Below, in pieces: positions 9,350 through 18,611 of a DNA stretch of 64,000 bases. The position numbers and the translations under genes are program-made. Under the pieces are notes generated by a model. It was not told the DNA's origin. It did no database searches and saw only the letters and a list, made by a program, of their open reading frames with translations. The first letter of the stretch is position 1; each line of letters starts with the position of its first letter. The DNA comes from a virus: positions 14,183 to 78,182 of the IMG/VR virus record IMGVR_UViG_3300042691_019533. The stretch is one strand, 5' to 3'.

Positions 9350-10032
9350 AATTATATACTGTCTTTACAGAATCTCATTATGAAATGTTTAAAGAATATT
9401 TCATAAAATCTTTTCCATTCGAAACTGATTTAGAACTAGTAGTAAAATTCAAACCTCAAGTGTGTAAATCTTCAGAATTTCACAGTGAAGGGTGGAGAGA
9501 TACTATGATGTATAAAGTTCAATGTTTCATAGATGCAGCATATGAAACAAAAGACGGAGATTGTTTTATTTTTTCAGATCCAGATATTCAATTTTTTAAA
9601 CCATTTTATAAAGATTTATTAAATCAAATAAATGGATTCGATGCTGCTTTTCAAAATGATTATATAGGAGGAGTAAATACTGGTTTTTTTATAATGAGAT
9701 CTACGTCTAAAACTCGTGCTTTTTTACAAACAGTAAAAGGAAATTTGCATTTATTTCCAGAAGAACAAGTATGTTTTAATAATTTAATATCAAATTTTCA
9801 CAGATACCAAAAAATAGCATTTAATGCTAAATTATTAACTCCAAATTATTGGACTTATGGTGAAATAGCATTACAAAGACCTAGAGATGGACAACCAATG
9901 TCACATTGGAATGGTGTGGAAGATTTCGATATACCAAAAGATATAGTTATGCATCATGCTAATTGGGTTAAATGTTTTAAAGATAAAATTAAAATAATGG
10001 AAGTGGTTAAACAAAAAGTTAAACATTTATGA
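9346..10032 (+). CDS. Nucleotide-diphospho-sugar transferase (GT77-like)
   Basis: FSDPDIQF, NTGFFIMR, EQVCFN, HHANW..K motifs. Confidence 0.78.
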   Translation: MKLYTVFTESHYEMFKEYFIKSFPFETDLELVVKFKPQVCKSSEFHSEGWRDTMMYKVQCFIDAAYETKDGDCFIFSDPDIQFFKPFYKDLLNQINGFDAAFQNDYIGGVNTGFFIMRSTSKTRAFLQTVKGNLHLFPEEQVCFNNLISNFHRYQKIAFNAKLLTPNYWTYGEIALQRPRDGQPMSHWNGVEDFDIPKDIVMHHANWVKCFKDKIKIMEVVKQKVKHL

Positions 10033-10730
10033 ATGTAAGTTTAGGGTTTTTAAATTATAATAGTTTTTTATATATAGAAAAACAGTTACAAAAAGATTAT
10101 TTCAATCTATCAAATGGAGTTATAAACGAAATAATCATACAAGATGATTGTAGCGAAGATGATTTTGAAAAATTAAAAAAAATAGAAACTCAAAATATTA
10201 AAGTTTTTAAAAATGAAAAAAGAATTAAACCATTATTAGGAAGAATAAATTTAGTTAATAATTGCAATAACGATTGGGTTTTATTGATGGATTCTGATAA
10301 TTTTTTAGATAAAAAATCTTTTGATTCATTATTTAATAATGATATTATTTTTAATTCTAATACGATTTATGCTCCAGATTTTGCTAGGCCAAAATTTAAT
10401 TATAAAGCTATTTCTAATTTTAATTTAGATTTAAATATAGTTAAAAATAATTTTAATTATTTAATTTGTTTTTTAAATATTGGAAATTATTTAATACCAA
10501 AAAAAGAGTATTTAAATATAGCTAAAAAAATAGACAAAAAGTTTTCTGAATATACAATGGAAGTATTGTATTACAATTATTTATGGTTAAGTAGTGGAAA
10601 TTTAATTAAATGTGTTAAAGATTATGAATACGATCATACCATGAGAGATGATTGCTTTTCATACGCAAACGATAAAAATTTTAATGAAATTTTACCATTA
10701 ATAACAAAATTATATTTAAATAATATATGA
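10029..10730 (+). CDS. Glycosyltransferase family 2
   Basis: EIIIQDDCS, WVLLMDSDN. Confidence 0.8.
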   Translation: MNVSLGFLNYNSFLYIEKQLQKDYFNLSNGVINEIIIQDDCSEDDFEKLKKIETQNIKVFKNEKRIKPLLGRINLVNNCNNDWVLLMDSDNFLDKKSFDSLFNNDIIFNSNTIYAPDFARPKFNYKAISNFNLDLNIVKNNFNYLICFLNIGNYLIPKKEYLNIAKKIDKKFSEYTMEVLYYNYLWLSSGNLIKCVKDYEYDHTMRDDCFSYANDKNFNEILPLITKLYLNNI

Positions 10731-11458
10731 ATTCTCCAAAATTAAAAGATTTAACAGAAGAACAAATTAAAAATTTTACTTTAGACTCTAAAATACCAAT
10801 AAGAGAATGGTATTTTAATGAGTCTGAAGTTCGAGTTTCACATTTATACGAACAAAATGTTATAATGCATCTTAAACAGATGGCCAAATATAGACAAACT
10901 AATTATTACGGACAAACTGATAATTGGTTATATCAAGCATTGACAGACTTCTCTATACGCGGTAAAGATGTCCTAATAATAGGATCATTAATGCCTTGGT
11001 ACGAATCTATAGCTTTAGAATTTGGATGTAACACATGTACAGTGGTAGAATATAGAATACAAGATAAAATAGTTCCGAATGTAAAATATATACAACCACA
11101 TGAATTATTAGATTTAAAATTTGATGTTGTTTTTTCAATATCTTCATATGAACATGATGGTTTAGGTAGGTATGGAGATCCTATAAATCCAAATGCTGAT
11201 ATCGAAGCAATGAGAAACATTAAAAATAATTTAAAACCTAATGGAATTTTATATTTAGCCGTCCCAGTTGGAGTAGATGAGATAGTGTGGAATGCCCATA
11301 GGGTATATGGTAAAATTAGATTACCAATGTTAATACATTCTTGGGATTTAATTGGAAAATATGGAATAACTAAAGACATTTGGAACACCCCATACACTAA
11401 TGACTGTCCGGCTCAACCAATTTTAGTATTAAAAAATAATGAAACTAAAACAATTTAA
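10727..11458 (+). CDS. DUF268-type SAM-dependent methyltransferase-like protein
   Basis: VLIIGSLMPWYE, SISSYEHDGLGRYGDPINP, LKPNGILYLAVPVG, NAHRVYG. Confidence 0.8.
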   Translation: MNSPKLKDLTEEQIKNFTLDSKIPIREWYFNESEVRVSHLYEQNVIMHLKQMAKYRQTNYYGQTDNWLYQALTDFSIRGKDVLIIGSLMPWYESIALEFGCNTCTVVEYRIQDKIVPNVKYIQPHELLDLKFDVVFSISSYEHDGLGRYGDPINPNADIEAMRNIKNNLKPNGILYLAVPVGVDEIVWNAHRVYGKIRLPMLIHSWDLIGKYGITKDIWNTPYTNDCPAQPILVLKNNETKTI

Positions 11459-12329
11459 TGAATTTATATTAGAAATTGAACAATCTCCATATCCACCATA
11501 TCATAAAGGATATTATTTAGAGAGATATTTTATAGACTTTTATATAAAAAATAGAAAAATTATAGACGATACGGGATATCAATTTTTACCTATAACTTGG
11601 ACTGATATTTATATACATAAACCACATTTAAGAGGTAAATTACAAGAAATAATAAATTCTTTAGATAAAGAAAAAAAATATTTTACAGTATCACAACATG
11701 ACGATGCACCTTTAGAAATTTTACCACCACATACAGTTAAATTTTCCGCAGGAGGAAACGCATCAAACTGTGTACCCATACCTTTAATATGTAGTCCAAT
11801 TGAAAATATTGAAAAGAAAGAAAAAGATATATTTTGCAGTTTTGTAGGAAGTGTAAACGCTCCAGTTAATGTTTTTGGAGAAATGGGACATAATACCAGA
11901 ATGAAGATGTTAAACAATCTTAAAGATAAGCCTGAATATATATTAAAACCAAGAGTATGGCAAACTAGTATAGAAGAAAGTCGAAAAAATTTATTTCTTG
12001 ATCTTACATCAAGAAGTAAATTTACTCTATGTCCCAGAGGATATGGAGCAACAAGTTTTAGATTATACGAGGCTATGCAATTAAATTCTATTCCGGTTTA
12101 TATTTATTATGACAAACCATATCTACCATATAAAGACAAAATAGATTGGAATAGTTTTTGTGTATTAATTAATTTTAATGATATTGATAAATTGGATGAA
12201 AAATTAAAATCAATAACTGAGGAAACTTATGATAAGATGTTAAATAAAATAAGTGAAATATATCAAAAATACTTTACTTTTGAAGGTATGTGCAATAGAA
12301 TAATCGAAACATTACAAGAATCAATATGA
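11439..12329 (+). CDS. Exostosin-family (GT47) glycosyltransferase
   Basis: FCSFVGS, SKFTLCPRGYGATSFRLYEAM, IPVY..LPY..IDW. Confidence 0.85.
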   Translation: MKLKQFNEFILEIEQSPYPPYHKGYYLERYFIDFYIKNRKIIDDTGYQFLPITWTDIYIHKPHLRGKLQEIINSLDKEKKYFTVSQHDDAPLEILPPHTVKFSAGGNASNCVPIPLICSPIENIEKKEKDIFCSFVGSVNAPVNVFGEMGHNTRMKMLNNLKDKPEYILKPRVWQTSIEESRKNLFLDLTSRSKFTLCPRGYGATSFRLYEAMQLNSIPVYIYYDKPYLPYKDKIDWNSFCVLINFNDIDKLDEKLKSITEETYDKMLNKISEIYQKYFTFEGMCNRIIETLQESI

Positions 12330-12940
12330 AAAAAATATTTTTAGATTGCGGAACTAATCTATGCCAAGGACTACAAGAAATATCAAAAAAACACAACATT
12401 ACAGATGAATGGGAGGTTTATTCTTTCGAAGCTAATCCGTTAACATATAGTATAATAAATAAAAATAAATTTTCAAATGTTAAATTTATCAATAAAGCAG
12501 TATGGAATGAAAATTGCACAAAAAATCTTACGGTAGAAATATGGCCTGGTGAAGTTAAAAAAAGCGATATTTATAATATCAAAGATGATATAGTAACTGA
12601 TTTACCAATTGGTGGAGGATGCAATATCATGGATGAAAATTTTATATTTATTCACTCAAAAGAAGAAAATATTACTAAAAAAGCTCATATAGTAGAATGT
12701 TTTGATTTCAGTAATTTTATTTTAAATAATTTTAAAAAAGAAGATTTTATAATAATAAAATTGGATATTGAAGGTGCGGAATATCCCGTTTTAGAGAAAA
12801 TGATAAAAGATGACACATTAAAATATGTCGATATATTATATGTCGAATGGCATAACCATATGTTGATAAATAAATATGATGAAATTTCAATAATTAACGC
12901 TATAAAAAAAGAAAATATAAATTTAAATATCTGGTTTTAA
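12326..12940 (+). CDS. FkbM-family methyltransferase
   Basis: FLDCGTNLCQG, YSFEANP, IKLDIEGAEY, YVEWH. Confidence 0.85.
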   Translation: MKKIFLDCGTNLCQGLQEISKKHNITDEWEVYSFEANPLTYSIINKNKFSNVKFINKAVWNENCTKNLTVEIWPGEVKKSDIYNIKDDIVTDLPIGGGCNIMDENFIFIHSKEENITKKAHIVECFDFSNFILNNFKKEDFIIIKLDIEGAEYPVLEKMIKDDTLKYVDILYVEWHNHMLINKYDEISIINAIKKENINLNIWF

Positions 12941-12952
12941 TATAAAAAATAT

Positions 12953-13726
12953 ATGAAAAAAATATTATTCGTTATAGCAAAATATAAAGACGAAAAAGAA
13001 AAAATATTTAAAGAGATTATCTCTCCGAAAAATAAAAATTATTGTGATAAACATGGATTTAAATATGTGGTTATAGATTCTAAAACAGAAATTCCAATAT
13101 TTAGAAATAACACAACTTGGAATAAATTAACAGTAATACGAGATCTTATAGATTCTGGAAAATTACAGAACGGGGACGTAATAATCAATCAAGATGCGGA
13201 TATGATTTGGTATAATGATAATTTTTCGTATGAGCCTGCTGATAATAAAAGTTTTTCAATATCGATTGATAGCGGAAATACTTTTTGTTTCGGATCTATA
13301 GGATTTAAAATAAATGATTGGTCTAAACGACTAATTACAGATATTTTAGATGAAAATTTGTGGAATAGTACGTTACCATTATTATATAATGATGAAAGTT
13401 TTCCAGAAAAACCTCCATTTTCATTTGCAAATTTATTTAGAGAACAAGCGATGTTTTATTATTTATTTGGTATAAAAAAACATTCTTGGAAGCCATTTAA
13501 AGATATTGAGAATTTTGGTATACATTCAGATGTAACAGAATTTACAAAATATTCATTAGAAGAAGCGCATGAAAATCTAGATATTAAACCAACAAATTTT
13601 AATGTTACTTGTTGGGAAAACGAATCAGACTTGACGTATTACATAAATTTATTAAATAATAAATCAGATGTATATCTCAGACATTTTACTGGATGTGATT
13701 GGAATGTAGTTAAAAATTGGATTTAA
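12953..13726 (+). CDS. GT34-like (MNN10/GMA12) glycosyltransferase
   Basis: KNYCDKHGF, TWNKL, DADM, EQ and RHFTG motifs. Confidence 0.7.
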   Translation: MKKILFVIAKYKDEKEKIFKEIISPKNKNYCDKHGFKYVVIDSKTEIPIFRNNTTWNKLTVIRDLIDSGKLQNGDVIINQDADMIWYNDNFSYEPADNKSFSISIDSGNTFCFGSIGFKINDWSKRLITDILDENLWNSTLPLLYNDESFPEKPPFSFANLFREQAMFYYLFGIKKHSWKPFKDIENFGIHSDVTEFTKYSLEEAHENLDIKPTNFNVTCWENESDLTYYINLLNNKSDVYLRHFTGCDWNVVKNWI

Positions 13727-13730
13727 TCTT

Positions 13731-14801
13731 ATGAAAATATGTGTAATAGGTAATGATTATAAACAGCAATTTCCACTATGTAGTTATGGTGGAATAGAAT
13801 CATGCGTTGAAAATTTATGTATAGGTATGAGAGATTACCTACCGAAAGATAATAAATTTAGTGTTATAGTACCAAAAATTTTGACTGGAGAAAAAGACTA
13901 TGGATTTAAAATAATTCAAACTAATTATATAGAGTCTTCCATCTCCGGCGTTTCTTTTTATGAATTCGGACGAGAGATTAATCAAGCAATTAGAAATTCA
14001 AAATCAAAACCAGATATTATTTGGTCGCAAAGTGCTTGGTCTGCTAAATCTTTTTGTGATTTAAATATACCAGTTATAGTAACTATTCATGATAGTTGCG
14101 GATGGGAAGAAAATAAATTTATTTTTAACGAAAATGTATATTATAGATTTGTTTCTAAATTTTTATACGATCATGTTTTACAAGATGCAAATAATAACGA
14201 ATTCGTTGCTAAGATAAAATCTAAAAGCTTTTGGGGTCATTCCGGATTAATAGATGATGAATATGATTTTGAACCTAATAAGGAAGATTATGTATTATGG
14301 GTAGCGGGATTTAATTGGGGAATGCATAGTAAAGGATTAGATATATTAATAGATTTAGCTAAAAAAATACCAGAACAAAAATTTGTGGTTTATGGTATGG
14401 GGGATGACAATATTGAAAATTATTTAAAAGATTTAAATAACAAAATATTAAATTTTGAATTTAAAGGAAAATTAAATAGAGGAGAAGATCATAAAAAAGC
14501 ATTTAAAAAAGCTAGATTATTTGCGATGTTAAGTAGAGTACCAGAAGCTTTCGGTAGAACTGGATTAGAGGCTATATCTAAAGGAACTCCGGTGATTGGA
14601 ACAAGTATAGGATCTATACCAGAACAAGTAAACCACGAAAATGTTGGTTACTGCTCTAACAATATAGACGAATTAGCACAAGCTATTAAATTTAAAAAAT
14701 TTGATAATTTAAAATGTTTTGAATATTCAAAATCCAACTATCATATTAAAAATGAAATTAATTTTTTACTGGAAAAAAGCAATTTAATTTTAAATAAATG
14801 A
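13731..14801 (+). CDS. GT4-family (GT-B) glycosyltransferase
   Basis: YGGIE, VTIHD, KGLD, EAFGRTGLEAISKGTPVI (E-x7-E). Confidence 0.9.
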   Translation: MKICVIGNDYKQQFPLCSYGGIESCVENLCIGMRDYLPKDNKFSVIVPKILTGEKDYGFKIIQTNYIESSISGVSFYEFGREINQAIRNSKSKPDIIWSQSAWSAKSFCDLNIPVIVTIHDSCGWEENKFIFNENVYYRFVSKFLYDHVLQDANNNEFVAKIKSKSFWGHSGLIDDEYDFEPNKEDYVLWVAGFNWGMHSKGLDILIDLAKKIPEQKFVVYGMGDDNIENYLKDLNNKILNFEFKGKLNRGEDHKKAFKKARLFAMLSRVPEAFGRTGLEAISKGTPVIGTSIGSIPEQVNHENVGYCSNNIDELAQAIKFKKFDNLKCFEYSKSNYHIKNEINFLLEKSNLILNK

Positions 14802-15796
14802 AAGCTAATATAATTGGATGTGGATTATCAGGAATTACATCAGCTATTTTATTAAAAGATAAAGGATATGATGTAACTATTTTCGAAACTAGATCTCATA
14901 TTGGTGGAAATTGTTATGATAGTAATTTATGCGGAACATTAGTTCATAATTACGGTCCTCATATATTTCATACTAGCGATGATGAAGTATATGAATTTTT
15001 AAGTAGATATACTGAATGGATAGAATTTAAAAACAAACCTAAAGGAAATACTAAAGTTGGTCTAATATCATTACCATATAGTAAAAAAACTATAAAAGAA
15101 ATAGGAAAAGAATTATCTCAAGAAGAAATAGTAGATTTAATTTTTAAAGATTACTCAGAAAAACAATGGGGAGTATCTTTTGAAGATATTCCAAAATCTA
15201 TTACAAATAGAATACCAAAAACTAAAGATTGCGAAGATCCCACATGGTACGAAGGAGAAAAATATCAATGTTTACCTAAGAATGGGTATACAAAAATGAT
15301 GGAAAATATGTTGAGTGGATTAAACGTGAAGCTAAATTGTAATGATACGGATTGGAAAAACTACAATTCAGATATAACGATTTACACTGGTAAAATAGAT
15401 GAATATTTCAATTGCTGTTATGGTAAATTACCATATAGATCTCTTAATTTTATACACGAAATAACTCCAAATAAGTTAGATTATCCAATAATTAATCAAA
15501 ATAACAAAGAAACAAATTATACAAGAATTTACGACCATAGTTATTTTTCGGAAAAACATAAAGGATTAACAGTAATAACAAAAGAATACCCAAAAAATTC
15601 AGAACCACAAGATGTTCCTTTCTATCCTATTCCGTTCGGAGAAGGATTAAAATTGTATTCTAAATATAAGGAATTAGCAGATAAAGAAAAACATATTGTT
15701 TTTGTTGGTAGACTTGCTACTTATACATATTTAGACATGTGGATGGCCGTTAAACAGGCTATGATTAAAATAAAAAATATTGAAAAAACAAAATAA
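14798..15796 (+). CDS. glf: UDP-galactopyranose mutase
   Basis: GCGLSG, HIGGNCYD, HNYGPHIFHT, KQWG, LPYRSL, PFYP, GRLATYTYLDM. Confidence 0.92.
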   Translation: MKANIIGCGLSGITSAILLKDKGYDVTIFETRSHIGGNCYDSNLCGTLVHNYGPHIFHTSDDEVYEFLSRYTEWIEFKNKPKGNTKVGLISLPYSKKTIKEIGKELSQEEIVDLIFKDYSEKQWGVSFEDIPKSITNRIPKTKDCEDPTWYEGEKYQCLPKNGYTKMMENMLSGLNVKLNCNDTDWKNYNSDITIYTGKIDEYFNCCYGKLPYRSLNFIHEITPNKLDYPIINQNNKETNYTRIYDHSYFSEKHKGLTVITKEYPKNSEPQDVPFYPIPFGEGLKLYSKYKELADKEKHIVFVGRLATYTYLDMWMAVKQAMIKIKNIEKTK

Positions 15797-15813
15797 TAAT
15801 AATATAATTGTTT

Positions 15814-16569
15814 ATGAAAAAAAATAAATTAGGTATATTTATGACTTTTTTCGATGAAACAAAGGCTATAAAATATGCAATTTCATCGCTGAGACGCTTT
15901 TACCCCGAATCTCCACTTTATATAGTATATGAAAGTGATGAAGATTTTAGTTTCTTAAAAAAAGATACTAATAATGTTTATTATAAAGTTGATGATACGA
16001 TGGGTTCCGTATTAGGTATCAACGATCAAAATTTTCGAACTGAAAAAAATCAAAAAAATATTAAAATTGCAACATTAGCTGTTATAGAAAGAGTATCAAA
16101 AGCTATAGAATATTTTGATTCTGAATATATATTACAACACTGTCCAGACTCGTTAATTAGAGGAAAATTGACAATCCCAGAAAACACTGGCCTTTTAGGT
16201 TCGAGAGTAAATCAATATTTCTCAGATGACGTTAATAAAGTATTAATAAAGTATGGCGGAATTCCAATAACTGCTTTTGGTGCTGTACCAGCTATTTATA
16301 ATAGTGATGATTTTTTAAAAGCAAAAAATATCTTTTTAAAAAATGAAACTCTATTAGATGAATTATGTAATGCGTGGTACCCAATTTTTTCTCATGATAT
16401 TTTATTACCTATATTATTTTCATTAATAGGAAAAATGGAAACGTTTAATCCTGAAATTACAGAATGTGGTAGAAATCCAAATTGGACTAATTCTGGACAT
16501 CCACTATTACATCAATTCCGGTTTAACTATCCACATAGAACTTCAAAATATAAAGTAAATGAAAATTAA
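15814..16569 (+). CDS. GT-A-like hypothetical protein
   Basis: AISSLRRFYPESP, HCPDSL (xPD variant), late LLHQ; ATG 15814 preferred to TTG 15808; island context. Confidence 0.5.
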   Translation: MKKNKLGIFMTFFDETKAIKYAISSLRRFYPESPLYIVYESDEDFSFLKKDTNNVYYKVDDTMGSVLGINDQNFRTEKNQKNIKIATLAVIERVSKAIEYFDSEYILQHCPDSLIRGKLTIPENTGLLGSRVNQYFSDDVNKVLIKYGGIPITAFGAVPAIYNSDDFLKAKNIFLKNETLLDELCNAWYPIFSHDILLPILFSLIGKMETFNPEITECGRNPNWTNSGHPLLHQFRFNYPHRTSKYKVNEN

Positions 16570-16578
16570 ATTAAAATT

Positions 16579-17172
16579 ATGATAAACGAATATATAGAAA
16601 AAACAATAACAGGAACAAGAGACTCGGATAGGCATTTATTAGTACTATTCAGCATAGCGTTAGCGACTAAAGGTAAAAATTATATAGAACTAGGAGTAAG
16701 ATCAGGAGATAGTACAACTCCATTAAAATTAGCGGCTAAATTAAATTCAGGTAAATTATATTCTGTTGATATTGATGAAAACCCTTTTAAAACTAAAAAA
16801 GACGAAAATTGGGAATTTTTTCAAAGCGATGCTGTTGAATTTTTATCGAACTGGGAGGATTCAAAAAAACCTACTCCCGATTTTATATATGTTGACGATT
16901 GGCATAGTTATGATCACGTAAAAAAAGAATTAGATATTATCGATAGAATAGTAACACCGTCAACAATTATATTATTACATGATAGCATGTATGGAAATAC
17001 ATGTCCATATTATCACTCCGACTTAACCTTAAAGGATGGACAATGGGCTAATGGAGGCCCATATAGAGCTATTGCAGAATTGAATCCTCAATTTTGGGAG
17101 TTTTCTACGTTACCTTGGAGTCATGGTTTGACGATTTTAAGAAAAAAATATTCAAACAGGACAACTACATAA
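16579..17172 (+). CDS. Class I SAM-dependent methyltransferase (Methyltransf_24-like)
   Basis: YIELGVRSGDS, YSVDI, FIYVDDWHSY, ILLHD. Confidence 0.85.
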   Translation: MINEYIEKTITGTRDSDRHLLVLFSIALATKGKNYIELGVRSGDSTTPLKLAAKLNSGKLYSVDIDENPFKTKKDENWEFFQSDAVEFLSNWEDSKKPTPDFIYVDDWHSYDHVKKELDIIDRIVTPSTIILLHDSMYGNTCPYYHSDLTLKDGQWANGGPYRAIAELNPQFWEFSTLPWSHGLTILRKKYSNRTTT

Positions 17173-17987
17173 TGAAAATATTAGTTTTAGGTTCAAGTGG
17201 ACAGATAGGAAAACCAACTATTAAATATCTAAAAGATAATAATCACGATATTATCGAATGGGATATTCTAAAAGATCCATCAAACGATTTAAGAATACCA
17301 AACAAGGAATTATACAAAACAATCAACACGTCTGATTTTGTTTATTATTTAGCATCTGATGTTGGAGGTGCAAAATATTTAGAAAAAAAACAAGATTCTT
17401 TCGAATTTATTAATAATAACATGTTAATAATGTCCAACACATTTAAAGCTCTTAAAGAATGTAATAAACCTTTCATATTTACATCATCGCAAATGGCTGA
17501 TTTAAAACATTCGACTTATGGACAATTAAAATTATTAGGAGAAAAAATTACAAATGATATTGGAGGATTAGTTGTTAGACTTTGGAATGTATATGCTGAA
17601 GAAACGGATATTGAAAAATCACATGTTATAACCGATTTTATTAAAATGGCGAAAACTTATAATAAAATTAACATGAGAACGGATGGTATGGAATCTAGAC
17701 AATTTTTATATGCTGAAGATTGTGCCAAGTGTTTATTAACACTAACAAAAAAATACAATCAATTAGATAAAACTAAACCATATCATATTACTAGTTTTAA
17801 ATGGACTACAATAAAAGACATAGCATTAATAATATCTAAATTAACAGGATGTGAGATTATATTTAATAAAAATAAAGATAAAACGCAAATGAACGCTATG
17901 AATCCGCCTAATAAATATATATTAAATTTTTGGGAACCTACGATTTCTTTAGAAGAGGGTATAAAAATATTAATTGATTCAAAATAA
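17172..17987 (+). CDS. NAD-dependent nucleotide-sugar epimerase/dehydratase (extended SDR)
   Basis: MKILVLGSSGQIG, FTSS, YGQLK (YxxxK), RLWNVY, RQFLYAED; TAATG coupling places the start at 17172. Confidence 0.88.
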   Translation: MKILVLGSSGQIGKPTIKYLKDNNHDIIEWDILKDPSNDLRIPNKELYKTINTSDFVYYLASDVGGAKYLEKKQDSFEFINNNMLIMSNTFKALKECNKPFIFTSSQMADLKHSTYGQLKLLGEKITNDIGGLVVRLWNVYAEETDIEKSHVITDFIKMAKTYNKINMRTDGMESRQFLYAEDCAKCLLTLTKKYNQLDKTKPYHITSFKWTTIKDIALIISKLTGCEIIFNKNKDKTQMNAMNPPNKYILNFWEPTISLEEGIKILIDSK

Positions 17988-18003
17988 AATAAATTAAAAA
18001 TTT

Positions 18004-18579
18004 ATGCAAAAAAAAATATACATAGAAGCTGGAGCTAATGACGGGGTTAATGGTTCAAGAGGAATACAGTTTAAAGATAATTCTGAATATATGGGAATTC
18101 TAATAGAACCTCATCCTGTGATATTTAATTATTGTTTGAATTCTAGAAAAAACGATAATACATTATTATATAATGTAGCATTAGTATCAAGAAATCATAA
18201 AGAACCTACAATTGAATTACAATTACATTCTTTACATCATCCTATGAATTCTATTAAAAAATCCATAGGACAGGCTTATAATAATTCGATTACAGTTCAA
18301 GCTAGAACTCTACAATCTATCGTAGATGAAAATAATATATCTGAGGTGGATTATTTATATTTAGATGTTGAAGGTTATGAAAATGAAGTTTTAATGGGGA
18401 TAGATTTTAATAAGACTAAGTTTAAATATATAGAAGTAGAATGCCATGCAGAATTTATAGGTATGTCTACAGAAGATGAAATTAAAATGCATAGCGATCA
18501 TTTAGAAAAATATAATTATAAAGTAATTGAAAAAAATACAAATGAAGGATCTTTAAAGTTAGTTTTTATTCAAAATTGA
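18004..18579 (+). CDS. FkbM-family methyltransferase
   Basis: YIEAGANDG, GILIEP, LDVEGYE. Confidence 0.87.
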   Translation: MQKKIYIEAGANDGVNGSRGIQFKDNSEYMGILIEPHPVIFNYCLNSRKNDNTLLYNVALVSRNHKEPTIELQLHSLHHPMNSIKKSIGQAYNNSITVQARTLQSIVDENNISEVDYLYLDVEGYENEVLMGIDFNKTKFKYIEVECHAEFIGMSTEDEIKMHSDHLEKYNYKVIEKNTNEGSLKLVFIQN

Positions 18580-18604
18580 AAAATTTAAATTTATATGTTA
18601 TAAT
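18576..18604 (+). promoter_or_regulatory. Sigma70-type promoter TTGAAA-N17-(TG)TATAAT for gp46
   Basis: Near-consensus with extended -10 box; 7 nt from GTG 18612. Confidence 0.65.
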
Positions 18605-18611
18605 ATAAGTT

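Noticed and set aside
6275-18579. Giant eukaryotic virus or bacterial chromosome origin suggested by the glycosyltransferase families
   Set aside because: Flanked seamlessly by T4-like gp47 and gp46 with matching composition; the window also has gp55, a contractile tail, terminase and endolysin
6275-18579. Classical serotype-conversion (gtrABC) or O-antigen locus
   Set aside because: No membrane flippase, polymerase, ligase or bactoprenol transferase among the genes
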